A DNA stretch of 64,000 nucleotides from an uncultured Phycisphaerales bacterium (GTDB lineage: Bacteria > Planctomycetota > Phycisphaerae > Tepidisphaerales > Tepidisphaeraceae). Of the stretch, positions 48,635-60,477 are shown in pieces. Every line of letters starts with the position of its first letter. Position 1 is the stretch's first letter. A model generated the notes under the pieces. It ran no database searches, was not told where the DNA came from, and saw only the letters and a program-made list of their open reading frames with translations. The stretch covers positions 352,001 to 416,000 of the forward strand of contig CAVWLP010000002.1 in the NCBI GenBank assembly GCA_963755915.1. The letters run 5' to 3'. The translations under genes were made by a program, and so were the position numbers.

Positions 48635-50907
48635 ATGAAAAGTGTGTTGCAGGGTCGTCGAAACAGGGGGGCGAAGTGCGCCAAAGCGCTTCGGCCGGCG
48701 CATAAGTCCCGCGGCAGTTACCAAACGGAAACGCTCGAGTCTCGAATCCTCCTCAATGGACAAATCCTCGTCGTCCAGGGAAACACCCTCGGCGAATACA
48801 GCACCTCCGGCGCAACCATCAACGCCTCCCTCCTTACCGGCCTGAACGGCGCCGTCAATGGTATCGTCGCCAGCGGCTCAAGCATCTTTTTACCCAACAT
48901 CAACTCCGGTTTGGCCGGTGACGGCTACGTCGCTCAATACTCCACTTCCGGCGCGACCGTCAACGGTGCACTCATCCCCGGTTTGGACAATCCCGAGGGA
49001 ATTGCCCTCTCTGGATCCGATTTGTTCGTCAGCGACGAACTCACCGGCTCCATCGGCGAATACACCACTGCCGGCGCCACCGTTAATGCCGCCATCATCT
49101 CCGGATTATCCTCCGTCAGCAGTGTTCAGCCTCTGTCCATCGCGGTCGCCGGCAACGATATCTACGTTTTGACGTCGGCCTTCAACAGCCAGAATCAGAT
49201 CATCGGCACCGTCGCCGAATACACCACCGGCGGAGTGATCGTCAATCAGTCTTTGATTACCGGATTCTCCGCCGATCAACCCGAAGGCCTCGCCCTTTCC
49301 GACGGCGCGCTTTATCTCGTCAACCACGACGCCGGCACTGTTGCCGAATACACAGCCTCCGGACAGCTCGTCAATCCCTCTCTCATTTCGGGGTTGGCCG
49401 GGCCCGTCGGAATTTCCATCTTCAATTCAGACATCTATGTCATGAACAGTGTCAGTGGCAACGTCGGTGAATACACCACCGCCGGCGCCACCGTTAACGC
49501 CGCCCTCGTTACCGGCGCCTACAACGGCACTTGGCTCGAGGTCGAAACGGCTCCCGGAACCGCCGCTCAGTTGGCCGTCACCTCGCAACCCACACTCACG
49601 GTTGCCGGCCAAGAGATTACTGCTCCCATCACCGTCGTTTTGGAAGATGCCGACGGTAACGTCGAAACCTCCGGCAACTCCACCATTACGCTCTCCGTCC
49701 TCAGCGGCCCCAGCGGCGGCGCCCTCACCGGAACCACCTCCGTCGCCGCCGTCAATGGTCAGGCTACTTTCACCAATCTCTCCTTCACGCGCGGCGGAGA
49801 CTACACCCTCGAGGCGACCAGCTCCGGCCTCACTTCCGCATCCACCGGTCCCATCGATGCCATCGTCGGGTGGATCGACCAGGCCAACTTGGACAACATC
49901 AGCGGATGGGCATACAACCCCAGCAATCCCGGCGTTTCCGTCGGCATCGAGATAGAAATCATGGGCGGTACGACACAGGAGATCACGGCCAACCAGCAGC
50001 GCGCCGATTTGCTGCCCGTAGTCGGAAATCAGGACGTGGGGTTTGATTATTCAACGCCGATGATGACGACCGGGACGCACCAGGTTTACATCTACGCGGA
50101 AGAGCCGGTGCTGGAAACGTCCTGCTCGGCCAGGCGACTCTGGTGAGCCAGAACGGTTTGTTCGATACGCACTATTACGATCAGAACAATCCGCAAGTCG
50201 TACAAGAGGTGGAGTTTGGGTTTTACGCGACGTCTTACGACCAGTTCCTGGCGGTGGGACAATACCAGATGGCGAACAATCCGAATTATGAGCCCAGTCC
50301 CTACTGGAACGAGCAATACTATCTGGCCGTGAATCCCGACGTCGCCGACGCCGTCGAACTGGGGACGGTCAGCTCCGGATTCATGCACTACTACCTCTAC
50401 GGCCAGTACGAGAACCGCCCGGGCCTGGAATGGTTCAGCCCCGATTTCTACCTCGCGGAAAACCCCGACGTGCAGACGGCGATCAATAATGGAACGATTA
50501 CGTCGGCGTTCGAGCATTTCTGCGATTTCGGCCAGTACGAAGGGCGCGACCCCATCGGCCAGATCATCATGGGCACGCCGGTCTCCTATTTCCAGACGGC
50601 GTTGTACGAAGATTCCAACACCGACATCTTGAACTACATCACCGGCGAGCCGTACTCATCGGCATATGAACAGTTCGTGGAAACCGGGCTATCGGATACG
50701 GGGGTCGCGGGGTCGGGCGCGACGGCGGTGCAGACCGGGCGATTGTGGACACTCAACTGGAGCGCGGTGCTTTACTACAATTACCAGACGGGCGCCCTCG
50801 GCAGCGTCGGCGAAAGCAATGTCGAGGGCTTGTTCGAGAACTTTTTGGAATGGGGAGAGTACCTCGGCTACTACGCCGGACAGCCCGGCGTTCCTGTGCC
50901 GATGTGA
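48635..50907 (+). CDS. Secreted planctomycete surface protein (propeller-like repeats, Ig-like domain, YLAxNPDV repeats); frameshift ~50120
   Basis: ETLESRILL motif; about six (EYTTAGATVNA) repeats; YYLAVNPDVADAV repeats in ORF 50143..50907. Confidence 0.78.
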
Positions 50908-51433
50908 TGGGCGGAGGGTGAAACCAGAGACCAGAAACCAGGGACTCGCAACCTCGCAACTTCCTAAGGCTTTTTTCCACTGCTCAACTGTTCTACTGCT
51001 CAACTGTCTCGCGCAGCGCCTGTTCCACTTTCTCGCGCAGCGCCGGGCATTGGGTACAAAAGGTAACAGACCGCAACAATATGGGCGGTTTGGGCAGGTT
51101 GGGGAAAATGACTTCGGATGAGACCAGTTCCCGAGAATTTTCGGCTACTTGTGAAGTTTAAATTTGCCTCCGAGGTTCGGCGTCCTAACGCAGCGCTAAT
51201 CTGATTCATATCGCAATTTAAACCTCTGGACTGTTTCCGAACTGCCTCGGTTGTAGCCCGCCGTATTATTTTGGAGCCTGCGGGAGCTTTTTCTCGATCA
51301 AGAATTCGATATTTTTCTTGCAATAATCTGCAATTGCCGGAAGATGACTTCTTCCGGATGGGACGGGCGGGGTCGTTTTAGCTCATTCCACTTCGATACA
51401 TTCTGTTGACCCTGATTTGCCAAGGGAGGAGTC

Positions 51434-54400
51434 GTGCGGTCAAAGAAAAATTTCGGGAATCGAGTCCGGGGGCGCGTGTCTACTTCGCGGTCTTCAGCGG
51501 CAAAAGAGCGGGCGATTTCGCGGGCGTGCTACATGATCGAGCCGCTGGAGACACGCATGTTGCTCACGGCTACCGTCGTCGATCCAACCGTGAATCAGCA
51601 GGCCGACAGCATCAGCCTGACGCCGGGTGCTGAAACCTATCTGTATGGATTTTCGACGGGTGGTGAGCGCGCGTCCAGCCCGTTCTCTAATGGCTCCGCT
51701 GAGACGCTGGATGATGAAGCAGGAATTCTTGCGGACGGGCTCGCTGTGACCACTCAATCCAGCAATACCTTTCCAACCAGCACACAATACCAGGCGATCA
51801 GTGGGGTAGGAGTTTCAGGCTATACGAATATGCAGGCCTTGTACGGCACCTACGTCGTCTCAGGCCCGGGGGAAGAAAACTCCGGAAGTTATGAAGCCTC
51901 AGTAAACTTCACTTTAACGCAGTCGGCGCTTGTCGTGGCCATGGGATTGGGCAGCAGCCAGCAAACGATTAGCTTTCAGGGGCCGGCGGGTTTGGTCACG
52001 GATAAAGCCGCGAATGGTGGTGTGGCGGTGGGAATTGCTCATCTCGATCTTGCTCCCGGAACTTACACGATTACGGAAACGACTTCTGTAACCGCCGCCG
52101 GGCAAACTTTGGACTATATGGCGGATCTTCTGGGCGTCTATATCTTTACCGGTGGAACCTTGGCCGCACCTACGGGGGTTGCGGCGACGCAGGGGCAATA
52201 TTCGGATCACGTTGTGGTGGATTGGACGGGCTCGCTGGGAGCGCAGTCGTATGAGTTATTTCGCAATACCAGCGACACCAACATGGGTTTGACGCCTTGG
52301 GTAAGCGGACTGACCAGCACGAATTACGATGACAACTCCGTGTCGCTGGGCGCGACCTACTACTATTGGGTAAAAGCGGTAGAAGGGAACGAAGTCAGCA
52401 GCTTCAGTAATGGGGCCAGCGGATCTGTCAGCCAGGGTAGTGGTCCCGGCACTTCGGCCGGTGGGGTGAATCTTTCGCCCCTGCAAATCAACGACGAGAG
52501 CGGAACCTTCACCTACAGCGGAGATGAATATGAGGCCTCCGGGACGATTCAGATTGGCTTGGCGCCACCATCGGATTCGGCGTTCCAGCCGCTTTTGACG
52601 GTGGATGGGGATGCGAGCTATGACGATTCCACGATAACGGTTAACGGTACCGTTTCAGCATCGATTGTGGATCTAACGCTGCCGGTGTTCAACGGGAGTT
52701 TCGTTATCCCGGTCGGTCAGGATGAGAGTTCATCAGCGACGGACGAGGATCCAAGCGAAAATGAGGGGATTGCGGGGCTGCCGATCGATGTGACGGGACT
52801 TACTCTGACCGTTGGCAGCGGCGGGCCGGAGGTTGAGTTAGAAGCGGAAATACAGATGCCGGAGCCATTGAGTATTTCCGCGGAGGCGGAGGTGGTGATT
52901 ACTCCCGGCGGCATTTCGCTGGGAGCTGGTTCGGTGTCCTTTCCGAGCGAATCGTTTTCAGTCGGGGTCCTGAATCTTTCGGCACAAGAGATGTCAATCA
53001 GCTACGATTCGACATCGCAGCAGCTCGTTCTTCAAGGCGATTTAACGGTGGATGATCTGATAGGCGACACCTCGGCGGAAGCCGACTTCGCGGGCGAAGG
53101 CAATGGTATTTTCATCAGCAGCAGCGGGGTAAACGCAACGGGTGATCTTTCTCTTGATAATCTGGAAGTCGACGGGTGGGGGTTGGACAACGCGTCGCTC
53201 GATGTTAATACCGCCGCCAACACCTACAACGGTTCGGCGACGCTGGCGATACCCGACTTGGCGGCTGTGGGGGCGTCGTTTTCGCTGGTCGGCGGTAAAC
53301 TAAACAGCCTGAGCCTGTCGTTAAGCGATATCGATTATCCGATCCTGGATACGGGATGGTTTCTAACCGGCATCGGGGGCGGGGTAAGCAATCTGGCGAG
53401 CGGCCAGATCACTTTTTCGGGTTCGCTGGATCTGTCATTCGGGCCGGATGAGCAGATCCAGCTACCGAGCTGGCTGGGTGACGAAAACGCCAACACCGCG
53501 GTGGCGACACTGGACATGAATGCGTCGATAAGCTCGACAGATATACAGGGTGGCGCGACACTGACGATCGCCGACGGTTTGGCAACATTTACCGGAAATG
53601 CGAACCTTAACCTTGCTTCGGACAGTTTTTCGGCCAACGGGTCTTTGTCAGCCTTCGACAATGTTCTAACCGGAAATGCGGACATCAATATCAGTTCGAC
53701 CGGCGCAGCGACCGTATATGCCGAGGGAACGCTGAGCATTCCAAGTTCGGATATTCCAATCATTGGGACGTTTCTGGACGAGAATATCACAATCGCGAAC
53801 GGAAACTTTTACCTGAACTATAACCCTGCAATCGGCTCCGAAGATTACGTCGATCTGTGGGGAACTACGGGTCTGACGAGCCTGTCCGTTCCGCTCATTC
53901 AGTTCCCTGAAGGGGTGCAAGTGGTGTTCAGCCCGTCGCCATCGGTTAATCTCTTGTACGCGAATAATCTTCCGAGCGTGCCCGCGGATTCGTTGGGCGC
54001 ACCACAAACAGGAGTTTCGTCGCCCGCGACGCAATCGAGCAACGCCAGCATGACATTTACGGTTGCCTCCGGCACGCCTTGGGTGTTGCTGGAAGCTGGT
54101 TGGTCGAACAGCAGTTCAAATGTTCCCGTGGAGGTAGTGGCGCCGAATGGCACGACGTATTCAGAATCGCAGTTTTCGAGTGCAATTGGGATCGGCCTCA
54201 TTGACCAGATGAGTGGTTCGACAAATGAGACGGTTGGAATTTCGGACCCAGCGGCGGGGCAATGGACACTTATACTTCCTAACACGACGGGACTGGGTCC
54301 AGTAACCTTCGATGCGGTGGGGGCGACGCCGATAAGCGGGGACCACCTGGTCGTGGTTCAGCAAGCGGCGAATGCGGCGGCGGGCGATTTACTGAGTCCG

Positions 54401-56328
54401 ATCGTCATGGCGGTTGAGGACCAAAATGGAAACGTCATCACCACAGACAACTCGACGGTCACGCTATCGCCGACGAGCGATTCTCAAAACGTATCCGGGA
54501 CCCTGACTGCAACTGCCGTCAATGGTCTGGCGACGTTCAATAGCTTGGAGATCGATGCGACCGGGGCCTACGCGTTCAATCTGATGGACGGAAGCGATAC
54601 GGGTGCGACATCGAGTGTGACAATCGGCAATCCGGCGGGCCTCGCGCCCGGCGCGGCGCGCAGTACAGCATAACGGGCGCGACCGGTGCTCAAACCGTCG
54701 AAATCCTCTCAGGCACGGTGACTCTGAGCGGCGATCTCTCGTCTGATTTTTCGAACTATACGCTGAAAATCGATAGTGGGGCGCAGGTTTTTCTGACGAG
54801 CAGCCAGCACGTTGGCCAGCTTTCGCTCGGTGGCAATGCCGTGCTCGACGTTGGCGTCTATTCAATGATCATCAACTCCGGGAGCGGACCCGATCCGAAG
54901 GCGACGATTTTGGCCGTGCTTGCCAGTGGCTGCAATGGCGGAAGCTGGAACGGAAACGGTATCGTGAGCTCCGCGGCAGCGGCGAGCGATGGCAAGTACG
55001 GAGTCGGTTTCGCGGACGGAGCCGATGACGTTGCGCCGGGCTTGGCGAGCGGCCAGATTGAGCTCAAGTATACGCTCAATGGCGATGCGAATCTTGATGG
55101 AACCGTTAACGGGGCGGATTTCAGCATCATCGCGAGCAATTTTGGGAGGTCGGCGCCGAACGGCTGGGAGCAGGGCGACTTCAGTTACAGCGACGTGGTG
55201 AACGGCAGCGATTTCGCCGAGCTGGCCGCCAATTTCGGTGAGGGCGCGAACCAGATCACCGGCGCAACCCAGCTTAAATTTTCCGAACAGCCGGCGAGTA
55301 ACACTGCCGGAAGCGAGTTGGGTACGGTCACGGTGGACGTGGAGGATCAATTCGGCGACGTCGTGACATCTGATAACTCGATGGTCACCCTGCTGGTGAA
55401 CAACGGTGCCGGAACATTGGAGGGCACCGTTACAGTTCAAGCACAAAATGGAGTGGCAACATTCAACAGCTTGAGCATCGTCGGAGGGGGTGCTTACACG
55501 CTGAGCGCCGCGGATGGCAATTTAGCAGACGGTGTCTCAAATCCATTCACGATTTACGATACGGATGTCTGGATGGGCGCGGTTTCTTCGGACTGGAGCA
55601 ACCCGAATAACTGGAACACGGGTATCGTGCCCGGCAGTGGCACGAATGTAGTGATAAATAGCGGAACCGTGGTCGCGGCGGCGCCCATCCACGTCGCCCA
55701 GCTTGGCCTGAATGGGTGCGTCCTGCAATTGGCCGATGGCGCCGGCACCTCGACCGTTTCCGCATTGACAATCAATAATGCTGCGACTCTGGATATCGGC
55801 AACGACGAGCTAATCATCAATTATGGGAGTGGCGGCGATCCGATATCGGCGACGGCGGGCTACATCAAGAGCGGGTTTAACAACGGAGGATGGAACGGAT
55901 GGGGAATCATTTCCTCGGCAGCCCAAACGCCGGTCAACGGCTACAATTATGGCGTCGGCTGGTCCGACGGGCAGGACGGCGTGGTGGCCGGGCTCTCTTC
56001 CGGCCAGATCGAAATCAAATACACGCTACTGGGAGATGCGAATCTGGACGGCGTCGTGAATGGGTCCGACTTCTCCATCCTTGCCGCGCATTTCGGCCAG
56101 GGCGTCACCAATTGGGACCAGGGAAATTTCCTCTTTTCCTCCGCCGTCAACGGGTCCGACTTCAGCGCTCTGGCCGCCAACTTCGGGCAGGGGGACAGCG
56201 GTGCCGTGTCAGCATCCTCGACCGCCTCCTTTGCCCCGGCCGCCGCGACGGCGAATATTCCAACCGCCGATCCGACCGCGCCAACCAAAGATCCCGGCAA
56301 AGACTCTAAATTCCTGGCTAAAAGATAA
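51434..56328 (+). CDS. Large secreted surface protein with FN3-like, Ig-like and two dockerin-like modules; frameshift ~54650
   Basis: IEPLETRMLL motif; YYYWVKAV; two copies of GDANLDG.VNG.DF..NFG. Confidence 0.8.
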
Positions 56329-56355
56329 ACCCCACTTCGCCGATCCTGCACCGCG

Positions 56356-56481
56356 CCCAACCTGATATCATTGATATCAACGATATCATTGATATCACGA
56401 AAATCGCATACCCATTTTACCCAATCCACCCACCGTGTCGCGGACTGTAAAGTTTTGTATTGATGTCCCCATTCCCAAAAA
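56356..56481. repeat. Dispersed ~110-bp repeat, copy B (four GATATCA units)
   Basis: Shares identical 20-bp and 25-bp blocks with 27813-27920. Confidence 0.8.
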
Positions 56482-56490
56482 CGTCGAGCC

Positions 56491-57261
56491 TTAATTCACA
56501 TTCACCGCATTCCCCGGGCTGTTCATGTCCTGGTCGACGGCATCGACTTTATAGTCGTGGAAAAGTTTGCTGATGTCGTCGGCCATGCGGTCGGCCATCT
56601 TGGCGCGGAGGTCGGTGTCGGTGCTGGAATTGGATTCGGGGGTCCAGTCGGACGTAAAGCGCACGGCTTCGCTGGATTCGTTTTTGGGCCAGCGGGTGTC
56701 CCCGGTCCTGGAATCGACGATTTTGATGACCGCTTCGATCTGTCCCCGCATCTGACCCGAGCCGGGCGGCTTTTCGATTTCGTCGCGCTGGATGTCGACG
56801 TAGAGGACCTGCTTGGCGCCGACTTTCCGGCCGATGTCGGCGATGGTGAGCTTGCTGTACCCGTCCGGGTCGGCGTCGCGAACTTTTTCCAGCGATTGCT
56901 GATCGACGATGGTGGCGACCTTCTGGTCGGCCAGGGCACGGCCCAGGGTCAGGGCCATATGCTGCGATTCGATGTCGGAATCGACGGCCAGGCCGTAGCT
57001 CTCGACGAGGACGAGCATGGAGGCGTTCTTGTCGGGGGTGTACTTGGCCTTGACGGTGGCGTCGCCGGTGGTTTCCGCGACGACAGCGCCGGCGAGATCG
57101 CAGCCGGCGAGGGCGAGGAGGGAGAGAGTCAGAGTGAGCCGCAGAACTGTGCGAGCGATTACCGTCGGGCAAACCCCCTCCCCAACCCTCCCCCGGATTA
57201 CCGGGGGCGGGGGATAATGCGCGGAAAAAGATCGTGTGCGATGGTCGCCCAAGTTAATCAT
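56491..57261 (-). CDS. Hypothetical lipoprotein (paralog of the upstream gene)
   Basis: Lipobox LALAGC; IGRKVGAKQVLYVDI; ends ISKLFHD. Confidence 0.8.
   Translation of the reverse strand: MINLGDHRTRSFSAHYPPPPVIRGRVGEGVCPTVIARTVLRLTLTLSLLALAGCDLAGAVVAETTGDATVKAKYTPDKNASMLVLVESYGLAVDSDIESQHMALTLGRALADQKVATIVDQQSLEKVRDADPDGYSKLTIADIGRKVGAKQVLYVDIQRDEIEKPPGSGQMRGQIEAVIKIVDSRTGDTRWPKNESSEAVRFTSDWTPESNSSTDTDLRAKMADRMADDISKLFHDYKVDAVDQDMNSPGNAVNVN
57171..57214. repeat. REP-like hairpin within the 5' part of the lipoprotein ORF
   Basis: CCCCCTCCCCAACCCTCCCCCGGATTACCGGGGGCGGGG; same family as 24812-24852. Confidence 0.75.
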
Positions 57262-57967
57262 GTTGTTCCGCGGCTTCGTCCTGCTGGACGCTCTGGTCGG
57301 CGGCGTGGGTCATAAAAATGTTTCCGATTTCATCGGCGAGGGCATCGACGGTTTTGTTGTAGATAAGCTCGTCGCTGAGGCCATAGACGCCTTCGGGCGG
57401 CGAGTCTTTCGGGTAGACGGCGCTGAGGCTGTTTTGCTGATAGGCGATCTTGGTTTCGGAGCCTTTGATTTCAATGACTTTCACGTCGGCGGTGGCCTGG
57501 CCGCGGGCCAGATCGTTCGATTGCCCGGGGTGCAGGGCGAGGCTATCGAGCTCGATGTAGATGAGACGCGTGCCGGGGAGCTGTTGGGCGATTTGCTCGG
57601 GGGAATCGACCTGGGATTCGGGGTGGGCTTCCTGGAATCGGAGGATGTCGGCGACGTCGACGAAGGAGGTGCCTTTGAGTTCCTTGAGCTTGGCGTCGGA
57701 GCCGTCCTGGAATTTGCCGAGGAGACTGCGGGCGATGTCGGCGTTGACGGTAGGATGGTCGAGTGAGACGCCTTCATCGGCCCAGACGAGGATGGCGACC
57801 CTTTGGCCGGCGAGGCCGGTGTAGGCGGGGGTGATGTCGGTTTCGCCGGTGATGGCTTCGGCGGTAACGCCGACCAGATCGCAACCGGCGCACAGGAGCA
57901 GGGCCAGGGGGGCCAAAAGGAAAACGATGAGGTAATGGATTCGCACGGGTTTTAAATCAGAGTTCAA
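57254..57967 (-). CDS. Hypothetical lipoprotein
   Basis: Lipobox LCAGC; similar layout to 56491..57261. Confidence 0.8.
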   Translation of the reverse strand: MNSDLKPVRIHYLIVFLLAPLALLLCAGCDLVGVTAEAITGETDITPAYTGLAGQRVAILVWADEGVSLDHPTVNADIARSLLGKFQDGSDAKLKELKGTSFVDVADILRFQEAHPESQVDSPEQIAQQLPGTRLIYIELDSLALHPGQSNDLARGQATADVKVIEIKGSETKIAYQQNSLSAVYPKDSPPEGVYGLSDELIYNKTVDALADEIGNIFMTHAADQSVQQDEAAEQHD

Positions 57968-57988
57968 GGCGTTTTTGCTACAGAGCTT

Positions 57989-58474
57989 TCATTGGCCCCA
58001 TCCATCGATGCCATGGAGATGGATGAAGATTTTCCAGGCCCAGGCGGCGATGGCGAGTCCGACGATCGAAGGCACATAATATCGAGTCGGGCCCAGTGCA
58101 ATCAACCTAAAGATGGACCGGCCGGTGCAGGCGATGTAGAGGGCGGCCCAGAAGGTGACGATGGTGGCGATTCCGAGCATTGCACCCATCGGCTGAACAT
58201 AGAAGCTGGCGGGAAAATTTCCACGTGCGAGCCAGGAGTAGCTGGTGGTCATGCCGCAGCTTGGGCAGGGGATGCCGGTGCGGAGGGCGAAATAGCAGGG
58301 TTCCATGCCGAGCTGGGTGTGTGTGCCCATGCCGGTGGGGCTGGGGATGAGCCGGACGGCGGTGATCATGACGGCGAGGCAGGCGGCGCAGATGGCCAGG
58401 GCGAGGAGACGACCGGGGATTTTGACGGTTATTCGATCGATGCGGGGGGAGTAAATGGCGGGAATTGGCTGCAT
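57989..58474 (-). CDS. DUF2752 family membrane protein
   Basis: GTHTQLGMEPC..TGIPCPSCGMTTS. Confidence 0.85.
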   Translation of the reverse strand: MQPIPAIYSPRIDRITVKIPGRLLALAICAACLAVMITAVRLIPSPTGMGTHTQLGMEPCYFALRTGIPCPSCGMTTSYSWLARGNFPASFYVQPMGAMLGIATIVTFWAALYIACTGRSIFRLIALGPTRYYVPSIVGLAIAAWAWKIFIHLHGIDGWGQ

Positions 58475-58995
58475 TTGGCTTGCGACAAAATACCGCGTAG
58501 GCATCAGGTATGGCAATAGTGCTGAAGAATTGAGCAATTGGCGCAAAAAGGGAGGGTTTGTCCAGGTCTTTGGATTTGCGGGGTCGAACTTTGAATAATC
58601 GACATTTATTTTGTTACGGCTGCTGATGTTGCGGCAGAATGGGGAACCATAAAGCTGGGTTGATTATTCGCATTTCGCGGCCGGTACTGAATTTGCGGAA
58701 ATGGGAGTTTAGGTAGCTGAGCGCGTCAAAATGTTCAGAATAGGTAAGTTCTAACTCGCTCATTGACATCCAGTATCCGATAGATGTACTAATATGTGTG
58801 GACCGAGTCTGATCGCCGGCGCGAGTCGTTATTATAGAAACTTGCGTTTTCCTGGCCTGCCGTGGTGATCAGTTTAGCACCGAGTATAGCATTCGGTGTT
58901 GGTCTGATCCCGTGTCAGCGGATTTGGACAGGTCCTGTGGAAATACATAGATTGCGCTGTATGGGTCGTTTTTGAATTGAAAGTGTCTATTTTTT

Positions 58996-60384
58996 ATGCG
59001 CGTCTTCATGCTCGGCTGGGAATTCCCGCCGTTCATCAGCGGGGGATTGGGTACGGCTTGCTATGGTCTGACCAAGGCAATGTCGGGCCTTGGCACGGAC
59101 ATCATGTTTGTGCTTCCGCGCCCGGTGTCCACGCCGTTTTCGACACACGTGAGGCTGGTAAGCCCGCGAGCGGGGTCGCCGCTGGCTTCGCCGTCAACTG
59201 AGTTCCGACTGGATGAGTTTGAGCATGTCACGTTCCGAACCGTTGATGCACAACTAACGAATCCTTATCAATCGGCAGCGCAGTACACGCCCAAAGCAGA
59301 TGAGGCGGAAAAGCAGGCGATAAAGTCGCGCGGGTTGAAAGCGACGGTGGTGGAATCCGCGCCGCTGACGGCGCCGGCGCTGCCGAAGCCATCGGGGGCG
59401 ATTCCGAGTTTCATCGGGGCGGGCGTGGCGGCGGGGAATTCGCCGTATGCCGGGGATATGTTTTCGGAAATACAGCGATATGCAGCGCTGGCGGGTGAAA
59501 TCGCCCGGCATGAGGCGATTGACGTGGTTCATGCCCATGACTGGATGACTTTCCCCGCGGGGATGGCCGTTGCCGGTTTGAAAGGGGTGCCGCTGATCGT
59601 TCATGTCCATAGCACGGAGTTTGACCGGTCGGGGCTGCACGTCGATCAGCGGATCTATGACATCGAACGGCGCGGAATGCAGAGCGCCATGCGGATTATC
59701 GCGGTGAGCTATCTCACCAAGAACCTGATCACGCATCACTACGGGATCGACCCGTCGAAGGTGGAGGTCGTTTACAACGCGATTGAATCCAACGGGAATG
59801 GGGCGGAGATCGAAAAATATAACATCCACAAGGATGAGAAGATCGTGCTTTTCCTGGGGCGAATCACGATGCAGAAGGGTCCGGAATACTTCCTGGCGGC
59901 GGCGAAGAAGGTGCTGGAAGTGATGGACAACGTGAAGTTCGTGATGGCGGGATCGGGAGACATGATCCGGCGGACGATTGAAATGGCCGCGGGGATGGGG
60001 ATCGGACACAAGGTTTTGTTCACGGGGTTTTTGCGCGGGAACGATGTCGAGAAGGTTTTCCGGATGGCGGATTTGTATGTGATGCCGAGCGTTTCGGAGC
60101 CGTTCGGGATCGCGCCGCTGGAGGCGATGAGCCACGATGTGCCGGTGATCATTTCCAAGCAGTCGGGCGTGTCGGAGGTTTTGACGCACGCGCTGAAGGT
60201 GGATTTCTGGGACATCAACGAGATGGCGAACAAGATCATCGCGGTGCTGCGGCATCCGCCGCTGGCGAGAACGCTGCGCGAGCATGGGAGCTTCGAGGTT
60301 CGGCGATTGAGCTGGGGAGACGCGGCGAAGGCTTGCCTGGGGATTTATGATGAAGCCAAGCACGCGGTGAACGGGCACGTGTAA
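58996..60384 (+). CDS. GT4 glycosyltransferase (glycogen-synthase-like)
   Basis: GWEFPPFISGGLGTAC, HAHDW, HSTEFDR, GRITMQKGP, EPFGIAPLEA. Confidence 0.92.
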   Translation: MRVFMLGWEFPPFISGGLGTACYGLTKAMSGLGTDIMFVLPRPVSTPFSTHVRLVSPRAGSPLASPSTEFRLDEFEHVTFRTVDAQLTNPYQSAAQYTPKADEAEKQAIKSRGLKATVVESAPLTAPALPKPSGAIPSFIGAGVAAGNSPYAGDMFSEIQRYAALAGEIARHEAIDVVHAHDWMTFPAGMAVAGLKGVPLIVHVHSTEFDRSGLHVDQRIYDIERRGMQSAMRIIAVSYLTKNLITHHYGIDPSKVEVVYNAIESNGNGAEIEKYNIHKDEKIVLFLGRITMQKGPEYFLAAAKKVLEVMDNVKFVMAGSGDMIRRTIEMAAGMGIGHKVLFTGFLRGNDVEKVFRMADLYVMPSVSEPFGIAPLEAMSHDVPVIISKQSGVSEVLTHALKVDFWDINEMANKIIAVLRHPPLARTLREHGSFEVRRLSWGDAAKACLGIYDEAKHAVNGHV

Positions 60385-60420
60385 AGCGATCACACGGCGC
60401 AGGTGCGCCTGGGGCGACTG

Positions 60421-60470
60421 ATTCGATTTTCTATTTCCCATTTCCTATTGCCTATTTCGGATTGCCGATA
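60421..60470. repeat. Degenerate heptamer tandem repeat
   Basis: ATTTTCT-ATTTCCC-ATTTCCT-ATTGCCT-ATTTCGG-ATTGCCG. Confidence 0.6.
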
Positions 60471-60477
60471 GTTAATA

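Noticed and set aside
27874..56460. A 28.5-kb Tn7-like transposon bounded by the two 25-bp cores
   Set aside because: The copies are direct rather than inverted, homology extends outside the TGT, and no tns or integrase genes lie between them
58763..58793. Sigma-70 promoter (TTGACA) upstream of the GT4 gene
   Set aside because: The -35 is perfect but the -10 match at 16-18 bp spacing is poor
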